NCBI GenBank assembly: GCA_964016885.1 | Contig: OZ024752.1 | Span: 37,882,001 to 37,946,000 of the forward strand | Length of the DNA stretch: 64,000 bases | Reading direction: 5' to 3' | Source: Eledone cirrhosa | Lineage: Eukaryota | Part shown: positions 1-64,000 of the stretch, piece after piece | How positions within the stretch are numbered: the stretch's first letter is position 1 | Layout: each line of letters opens with the position of its first letter | Position numbers and translations under genes: made by a program | Notes under the pieces: model-generated | What the model was told of the DNA's origin: nothing | Seen by the model: only the letters and a program-made list of their open reading frames with translations | Databases searched by the model: none

Positions 1-351
1 ATGAAATATTACATTTAAACATATAAAGGGACATTGGTTTTCGGTAACATTAATGGATTTAATAAATATTTCGGAATATTTTAAGGCTGTAATAGAAAAA
101 CTGCTGAAAAATGAAACTGTCATTTGATTCTATATCGGGTGATGTAATCTTTATTTTAGTTTGGTATTAAACCCAAATATAAATTACATTAGTTACCGTA
201 GCAACAAATTAACATTCAGAGTACATCAACTTACAACACACACACACACACACATTATATATATATATATATATATATATAGGGTTGGTCAATTATGAAA
301 TTTGTAGAACTTTGTATAAAAAAAAAATTTATACAAATTTCATACTTGGCA

Positions 352-413
<62 letters not shown>

Positions 414-705
414 GGTAATTTTCATTTGCTGCTATATACTTTGGAATAAGCAATGTTTCTTCTCTGAAGATTCTAAGTAAATATCCCTCATAGCAATATA
501 TATATACATACGTACGCACATATATATATATACATACATATATATATACATACGTATATATATACATACGTATGCACATATATGTATAGAACTGTTATAT
601 TGCATAGATGAAACGCTGTGTAAGAAGTAAATTTTGTTTTTGAGTGTACTGCCTTCTCCATTTACTTTGCTTATAATATATATGTGTGTGTATATGTGTG
701 TATAT

Positions 706-1050
706 GGAGGCACATGGCTTAGTGGTTAGAGCATTCGCCTTGCAATCGAAAGGTTGTGAGTTCAATTCTCAGACCGGGTGATGTGTTGTTTCCTTGAGCA
801 AGACACTTTATTTCACATTGCTCCAGTTTACTCAGCTGTAGAAATGAGATGATAGGGACTGGGCTCCCTATCATTCCACTGCAAAGTGGTCGTGGAGGTG
901 CCACGGCAAAAAAGCACGCAGCACTCACTGTAAATGAGGTTGGTGTTAGGAAGGGCATCCAGCTGTAGAAATCAAGCCAGAATCAGTTCCCGTCCCACCC
1001 TTGCAAGCAGGGAAAATGCGGACGTAAAATGAAATGAAAAATGAAAATGA
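706..1050 (+). mobile_element. tRNA-derived SINE with RTE-derived tail; family copies at 5227-5644(-), 26431-26829(+), 32498-32814(-), 45435-45775(-), 59479-59824(+), partial 14764-14920 and 45130-45415
   Basis: A box tggcttagtggttagagc and B box gagttcaattctc; tail cactgtaaatgaggttggtgttaggaagggcatccagctgtagaaa shared with the RTE 3'UTR; (aaatg/gat)n end. Confidence 0.88.
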
Positions 1051-1820
1051 ATGTGTGTGTGTGTGCGTATACACACACACACACACGTGGAAGATGGACG
1101 TTAAACGATGATGATGATATATATCATCATCATCATCGTTTAACGTCCATCTTCCACGCTCGTATGGGTTAGACGGTTTTGCTCCATTTGATGCGGGAAC
1201 AGTCAGGGGGGACCTTATCTCGCTCGTACGGAAATGTCTCTGGCAGGTTTTTTTTACCAGAGACACTTCCGTACGAGCGAGACACACACACACACACACA
1301 CATACACATACACATACATATATATATATATACAATATTAAATAAATGGAAAGCTATATTTATAAAACCATATTTATTTCATTATATATATTTCGGGGAT
1401 ATCATATTAACAATATGCTATGCCTTCATCAGACAAAATACAATATAAACAAATATTTGTCGAGTGCTTTTATATCAGTTATAAATATTTACTAGTTGTA
1501 ACCCAACAATTTTAAATATAACTTTACATGTATATATATATATATATATTTATAAATATATAGGAACGAGTAGGACCCCGACGGCTGAGCTCAAGCCGTC
1601 TCGACGGCTAATTCTGGACTAGAATTAGCAAGAATTAGCTGTCGAAACGGCTTGAGCTCAGCCGTCGGAGTCCTACTCGTTCCTATTACCCACTCTACTA
1701 CCCTAAGTATTGAGTACTTTGGTGCGTTATGGTCCACCTGGTTCCTTACCACATTTCCTTTGTTATATATATGTGTGTGTGTGTGAGTGTGAGAGTGTGT
1801 GAGTGTGTGTGTGTGTGTAT

Positions 1821-2150
1821 GAAGGTGAATGGCTTAGTGGTTAGAGCATTGGACTTGCAATCAAAAGGTTGTGAGTTCGATTCTCGGACCAGGTGACGTT
1901 TTGTGTCCTTGAGCAAGACACTTCCTTTCACGTTGCCTCAGTTTACTCAGATGTAGAAATGAGTTGCGACGCCACTGGTGCCAATCTGTATCGGGCACAG
2001 CTATTCCCTTGGACATCATCGGTCATGTGGAGGGGGGAGGCTGGTATGCATGGGTGACTGCTAGTGTTCCTCAAAACAACCTTGCCCGGACTTGTGCCTT
2101 GGAGGGAAACTTTCTAGATGCAAATCACATGGTCATTCGTGACCGAAGGG
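1821..2150 (+). mobile_element. tRNA-derived SINE, same head and core but a different tail
   Basis: A/B boxes and the ccttgagcaagacact core, then diverges after gtagaaatgag. Confidence 0.75.
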
Positions 2151-2374
2151 GGTGTTCGATATATATTTCGTTTGACCTGTTTAGCTTGCTCCGTTTTTTT
2201 GGCTTAGGTGGCTAATGGCTTCTTGACCGCCATTCTCAGTTTGTTTGGCCTCTATAACCTATGTTTATTGCTCTGGTCTTTTTTTAGTCCATTGAGCGCT
2301 TGCCGCATATCTCGGAAATTGCGTTTCACTTTGTTTTTGACCACTGCCGAAATTCAATCTCGCTGACTTATATT

Positions 2375-2421
<47 letters not shown>

Positions 2422-2494
2422 TATGGTTAATTATGCTAATTAGGAGAGGAAATAGTATATATTTTATCTTGTGATTCTATAGACATGCTTTATG

Positions 2495-2529
<35 letters not shown>

Positions 2530-3228
2530 TAATATATCAAATGTCACGATACATATTGTGTATTATTCTATGTACTATACATACACCTTTGATGAGTTGT
2601 AGTGCACCTGAGCACTTTACACAATAATTTCATTATTATTATATGCATACATTTAATAGAACATACCCCAACAAGCACTTTAAAGCTACTTTCTAGACTA
2701 GCTAGGTTTTAGCTACTTTTCTAAGGTATAAACTCATCGAGAGATTTTTTTCTGAGGCAATGTTTTTCAGCCAGATGCCTTCTTGATGCCAACCCCTTTA
2801 GTCACCTCTTACGACATATAAGGAATTCTAAACCAGATTCACACATACACACATACACACATTCAACTTAACGAGACAGCCTATACATGGTTAATTAACC
2901 TGCAAGAAAAAACAGCCAAATCTTCCAAACAAAATGAACATACATAAATACATGCCAACAAACATACATTGACAGTACTTTAAACATGATAGTGAAGTAG
3001 ATTTTTCATGAGACATTTAATATGGCATATCAATTTAAGAATATTCTGGAAACTGAAAAAAAAAAAATTATATATATATATATATATATGTATAGTAAAG
3101 AGCTATTTAATTACATAATAAATGACACAATATAATTATTACATTACCAAAGGTTTCAGGAAACTAGATGATCATTACAGCAACGTCCATCTCATTCATC
3201 AGATGAAATAGTTAATAAAATAGATAAC

Positions 3229-3302
3229 TATTTCATCTGATGAACGAGCTGGACGTTTCTGTAATGATTGTTTAGTTTCCTGAAACCTTTGGTAATGGAA
3301 TA
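3229..3302 (+). ncRNA. Type I hammerhead-like motif with long stem II region; mirrored on the minus strand at about 3137-3210
   Basis: tatttcat-CTGATGA-(38 nt)-GAAA-cc(ttt)gG-TA-atggaata; stem I pairs 8/8 with one G-U. Confidence 0.65.
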
Positions 3303-3332
3303 ATTATATTGTCGTTTATTATGTAAATTAAA

Positions 3333-3363
<31 letters not shown>

Positions 3364-5646
3364 TCCAGTGAGTTTAACGTGAAGTTACTGTAGGTTCACC
3401 TAGGTGAGCACTCAATGTTTAGGTTCACATCAGTGGCAAGGTGTAGAGCTAAACAGAGTGTAATATAATAATACAAGGACAATTTGTTAAGCCTTCGTTA
3501 CATTTATTGATTCGTGATGCGTGTTCGCTATTGATCAGCTCAAGGTTCGATCTGTATCAATCTGGCCTGACTCTGGAATCAAAAGCTCGTGAGACTTCTG
3601 CTGTACCTATAGATCAAACCTTGAGCTGATCAATAACGAAACACGCGTCACCAATCAATAAACCTAATGAGGCTTAATAAATCGTCCTTGTATTATTATT
3701 ATATATATAAGAATAAAAATTTAAAATAAATCATTTAATTGATTGACCGATCGTTTCTTTAAAATAACTGGAATATTTTATTCCTGTTATTAAAATCTCA
3801 TTAGAATCTATTTACTATATATTGTTCAACAAAACCACACAAGTAAATAAATATATTTGATAAAAATAGTTGCTTTGGATGCAGCATTACACTCAATTGA
3901 GTAAAGTTTAAGAAAATATTTATATTGAGAGAGAGAAAGGGAGAGAGAGAAAGACTGAGGCTGAGGGGGGAGAGAGTGAGCGAGGGTGAGAAAAGGAGAG
4001 AGAGGAGTGAGGGGAAGGAGAGGATATGAGCAGGGTTTAAGAAAGAGAAAGTAAGAAAGAAGACAAAAGAAAAAGAAGAAAAGAAAAAAAAGAGATGAAA
4101 AAGAGATAAAGTAGAAGAAAATGAACAGGCAAGGCTAGAAATAAAGTTATTTCTCATTGACTGATGATTACTAGAGAAAATGTTTTCATGTAAGATCAAG
4201 AACAAGACTTGAGCAGGATTTAATAGAAGCATATATAAATATATATAAGAAATGAGATGAGATGAATGAATGAATAAATGAATTTGAAAGGATTAACTGA
4301 ATAATTCTAAGAGTAGTTAACATGCAGAATGTAAAAAGAGGTAAAATATAGACCAGCGTGCATATCATGCACAGCAAATGATTGTTATACCAGTGAAGAC
4401 TACTGTAATCTCATACAGGGTTAAAAAAACAAAGGATGAAAATAGGACCAGTTTTAAGTACCAAAATCTTTCCAGTTGAATATTTCTTTTAAAGCAAATA
4501 CATTTTAATCTAAAACAAATACCAATACCAAAACTAATTTATCTAAAACATAGCTGCTACATGGTCTGGTTAGAAATAACAGCCAAATTAGTCTCAAACC
4601 ACACTTTGTCATCTTTAAAAATGAAAAAAATTCATTGGCTATTGTAGTTAATGTAGTTCTAGATGTAATGTGTTCTGAAAACAAAAGCTAGTATGGTCAT
4701 GGTTGGAATGTCTTCGATCATACGTCTGTTTGATCAGAGTTGACTCAGGGCTAAACACCAAACATTTGCTAAATGAGCCAATGAGGGAAGCTCTATACAG
4801 CCATCTGAGGTATGCTAGAAATAGCAGTCAAGTCAATCTGACTCCCATAAAATTACGTACTACCATCTTTAAAATAAGAAAATCACAGACAACGTAGTCA
4901 AGTATATATAAAAAGAACAACAAAAACACCCAAGGTAGTCACAGCTGGAACAACTCCGAATCTGCTAGATCAGGGCTGACCATGGGTTAAACAACAGCTT
5001 TTACTAACAAGAATCTAATCTACAAGATTACGAGAAACATATGAACTTATCATTTGACTGATTCTGAAGAAGACAATGAGATGGATCTATAGTATCGAGA
5101 CTAATAATATGTTACATAACTATTATCGATTAATCACTATATTCATTTGATTGATCAATCAACTTCCTGTAATGATTGTAAAACAATGAACTGATTAACC
5201 ATCACCTTTTGTTTTCATTATCCAGCATCATCATCATCATCACCGTTTTACGTCCGTTCTTCCACTCTAGCATGGGTTAGACGGGTTCTCCTGTTGTGGG
5301 CAGTGTCCGGTCGGCTGACCTTGTCTTGCTCATACAGGAAGTGATTCTGGCTTGATTTCTAAAACTGGATGCCCTTCCTAACATCAACCTCATTTACAGT
5401 GAGTGTTGGGTGCTTTTTTTCCGTGGTGCCTACACGTCCACTTTAAAGTGTGGGCTGGGTGCTTTTTTGCTGTGGCACCTCCACGACCACTTTATAGTGG
5501 AATGATATAGACCCCAGTCCTATCATCTCATTTCTACAGCTGAGTAAACTGGAACAATGTGAAATAAAGTGTCTTGCTCAAGGAAACAACACATCACCCG
5601 GTCTGAGAATTGAACTCACAACCTTTCGATTGCAAGCGCCTTCACA

Positions 5647-5694
<48 letters not shown>

Positions 5695-6004
5695 AGAATG
5701 TTTTCGAAACAGCGAGTTGATTGAAATTATTAGAAATGTTAGCTATCGCCGTATTTTGACTAAAGCAATTAAAGAAATTATTTAGCCTGATAGTGGGGTT
5801 AAGAACCCTCGGAGAAATGAAAAAAGATGAGTATTGACGTACTTGGGAGTCAATACTCATCTTTTTCCATTTCTCCGAGGGTTCTTAACCCCACTATCAG
5901 GCTAAATAATTTCTTTAATTGCTTTAGTCAAAATACGGCGATAGCTTACATTTATATAAATATAAATATATATAATATATATAAATATATATATATATAT
6001 ATAT

Positions 6005-6045
<41 letters not shown>

Positions 6046-6079
6046 TAAATATATATATAAATATATATATATGTATATA

Positions 6080-6139
<60 letters not shown>

Positions 6140-6835
6140 CACATATATATATACATATATATATATTTATATATATTTATATATATATTTATAGATATTA
6201 TAGATATATATATATATATATTTATATATATATGTATATTTATTTATTTTCCTCCGCTGTGACCCGTCTATTTTGTTCTTACTGCTTCCTCTTTCTCTGT
6301 ATCTTTCACCTCCCTTTACCCTCTCTAACAGTCACTCTCTCTGTTAGCCTCTTCCTCACCCTTCACTCACTCACTCTCTGCTACTACCTCTCCTACTTCC
6401 TCCCGTTTGACCTGTGCGTAATTCTTTTCTCGCGCACGCTTGACCAGGCTGATTGTTCCTTTTTTCTCTCTTGTCTAAGATTTCACAGAACTTATGTTCA
6501 CTGAGTTCAGGGACTAGACTCCTTCTTCCTCCCGTTTGACCTGTGCGGAATTCCTTCCTTGCTCACATTTCGACTAGGTTTGATGGTCTTTATTCTCTCT
6601 CGTTCACAATTTCACCGAACTTATATTCATAGAAATCTGGGACTTGATTCTTTCTTCCTCGCTTTTCGTTGCATTACCATCTTTGATTGTTTACAGTCTC
6701 GCTAGTTCCCCTTATTTACGTGTCCCAAAGACTTTCTTTAGCCATTGCTCGCACCAACTGGAGGTTTATGGTCTTTAAAGCGATGAAATACCAATGAAGG
6801 TTGGAAGATCACTGATGAAGAACTAACTTTATTCA

Positions 6836-6930
<95 letters not shown>

Positions 6931-7059
6931 TGGAATAATCCACTATTATTTTTGTTAAGGTGTGTAAATATCAATGTACTGGCACCACACTTATCTCTAT
7001 AGAAACAATTATTGAAATTAAAGATGAATTTAAATTACCAATCTTGGTTTCCATTTATA

Positions 7060-7135
<76 letters not shown>

Positions 7136-9028
7136 TATTGATATATATATATTGATATAAATTTTATCCAACTCTATTCTATGACAGACAGATGTCAAAC
7201 CATAGAATTAACTAGAAACTTCAGTAACTGCTCTAAAGATTCTAAGAGAAAGAAATCTATAATTTAAATTAGTGAAGGTTTCTGTGAAATCAGAGAATGG
7301 AAATAGAATTACACAATATAACAAAACAGAAGCAATGAAGCATTATTATGTTTTAAATAGATTTGAAATACTTAAGTAAATGAGTGTGATCTGCATTTCC
7401 CACTCACTGTTCAAAGGTCAGACCGCCTTATGGTCTAAATGGACATGATGGAGAAAACATTGCCCCAGAGGATGGTGAAGGAGACTCACTGGAACAGTCC
7501 CCTTCACACGTGGGATTTGTACTTGCTAGTAGCCAACTCCACCCCAATAGCAGTGAGTAGGTAATCCGGGAGAAGGGGGTCAAGAATGCCAGAAGTCTTC
7601 CCTGCCACAGGCTCGGGAAAAAAATGGGAGAGGGGACACTAAACTTTGACTCAACAACAGAAATTAGTTGAAAGTTGTGTGATCCAAGTTTATCAATATA
7701 TAGGGAGAACATAAACAAATAACTGATAAATATTTCAGAAAGCTGCTACAATGCAGTAGAAATATATAAAGGACAAATGAGTTCATAACTTTGAAGTTAT
7801 GAACTGTTGGAAAGGAGTTAGGACGAGTTTTTTTCATCCGTGGAACTGGAATGCATACAGGTTAGGACGAGTTATCTTGTCTACAACACTGAAGAGGTTA
7901 AATAGGTGTATCTAAGTCTAAAGTCTGTCTTAAGCCAGAAGGCTCATTTGGCTGGTGTTTATCCTAGTTTCATGGCGTGAAGCGACTGAGAGTACAAGAC
8001 TCCCTCCCCTGGACAGGACGCCAGTCCATCGCAGGATTAAACCCCCAGCTATTGCTGGTACTCATTTTCAGCTGAGTATACTGTAGCAACATGAAATGAA
8101 GTGTTTTGTTCAAGAACACAACACACACACCAGGAATTAAACCCCAACATTATGATCGTAAGTCCAACACCCTTACCACTAGACCATGTGCCTCCACAAA
8201 TAGGTGTATACCAATTGTAAGTTATGTAAGCAATATTCTGTAGAACTATTGATTGCTGTAAATTTACTTATGATAAATAAAGATTTTCTTCAGATTAGTT
8301 ACAGCAAACTTAATATTAAATCTATTCTCATTCTCAAAAATGTTAACCAAATATTTGAATTTAAATCTTATCTATAATGTATATTTACTACATAATAGGT
8401 GGAAAACTGGCAGAATCATCAGAGTGTTGGATTAAAAATGTCTCGGTGTTTGTTCTGGCTCACTGCAATTTGAGTTGAAATCTTGCCAAGGTTAACTTCG
8501 CCTTTCATCCTATCAAGGTGGTATAAAGTACCAGTCCAGTACTTGAGTTGATTTGTCCTCTATCTTTCTTTATAACCTCTTCACTTCCTATGTCTATCAT
8601 TTTGGAAAAATGATAGACATAGCTTGAGAGGCATGGACTTTGCCCAGTTTAAAATATCCTAGACACACTGAGTGAAGAGGGCAGCCCTATGACTCCATCG
8701 GGATTTAAGAACCCTACCTACATAATTAACATAAACACTTTAAATAATAAGATTATATAAAAATAAATAGTAATGTAGGAAATGAAGGAACTGGTGAATA
8801 TTAAAATATTGATACTTACTGATATTGATTTCAATTTAAAACCTAAGGTTTATATCTTTTATCAAATAGAAAGTATGAGAAAACAACATTTTTTTGTGGT
8901 GGGGAAGGATAATAAAGAAAACAATACAACAGATTTTTTTATAATCCATTGTAATTCCAGCAAAAAGTTGGTGGAAATTTCTGGTTTTGTAAGCACAGTG
9001 ATTGGGGAATCTCAGAAGAGGTACTTAC

Positions 9029-63428
<54,400 letters not shown>

Positions 63429-64000
63429 CTAGATAAAATAAAATAGATATTAGTTAAAGATAGATTCACAAAAATACCAACAGTTAAAGATAAATTCAGA
63501 AAAATATCAATAGTTAAAGATAAATTCACAAATATACCAACATTAAAATTAATGAAATGCAATGGTGAGTTTACTTTGAAGAAAAAATATTACTGACACT
63601 TTCTGTGAATATGCTAGACAGATCTTAGGTTTAGCATAGAACTGTATTGTACAAGTCATTGTATATAGTCATTTGTTTAAAAAATATAGCCTTTTGAAAT
63701 ATAACCTTTTTGATACACTCTTGAGTGTTGTCAATGCTTTGTCTCATAGTATCATATTGTATCTTAGGTCTTCAACTCCTTAAGGAATCACAGATGTGCT
63801 ATTGTAACATGCTGTATACTAGTCTTCTTCATCTGCCAGATTTCTGGGCTTTTTAATATTGCCTATATATCTTTTTCTCTATCTGCCACTCTTTCCCAGC
63901 CTCCCAGCCTCCAAAGTTACTTGTAGGATGGTCTTTGCAAGGCCACTGGATTGTTTTGACTGGCCAGTGACTTTCCTGAATTCCTCTGTTCTTTGTCAGG

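Noticed and set aside
706-790. tRNA-like sequences at SINE heads
   Set aside because: They continue directly into the SINE body and lack a proper acceptor stem and terminator; not tRNA genes
719-958. Recurrent 79-aa [17 protein letters not shown]... seen at several sites
   Set aside because: Antisense reading of the SINE; recurrence reflects repeat copies
7428-8720. Candidate terminal prominin exons (acceptors near 8713/8717 and 7526; ORF 7428-7718)
   Set aside because: Several alternatives give short tails with no recognisable homology; cannot choose without transcripts

Overview
Eukaryotic, very AT- and microsatellite-rich animal DNA. The repeat content (tRNA-SINEs, RTE LINEs with (GAT)n tails, long (TA)n runs) looks like an octopus/cephalopod genome, which is my inference. 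The window holds the 3' half of a minus-strand, intron-rich prominin (CD133/PROM1-like) gene. I reconstructed 13 phase-consistent coding exons by hand between 63428 and 11990 (TM3, TM4, second extracellular loop, TM5), plus a probable tail exon at 9029-9079. The introns contain two near-full-length RTE LINEs (APE-RT-PHD-like finger), several truncated copies, many SINEs, a DD37D (maT) transposon remnant, piggyBac/hAT/mariner-type MITEs and a ~4 kb 23-bp satellite. There is also a 5'-truncated Penelope-like element (RT + GIY-YIG) enclosed by ~1.3-1.45 kb inverted repeats, each arm carrying a minimal hammerhead ribozyme motif. The main observation is a set of at least 7 further short fold-back elements, most in or beside (TA)n tracts, that carry whole or partial hammerhead cores; several have one arm extended by a tail. 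They look like extremely truncated Penelope-type hairpin insertions, and they place ribozyme motifs and long dsRNA inside the prominin pre-mRNA. Most ORFs in the supplied track are microsatellite artefacts.
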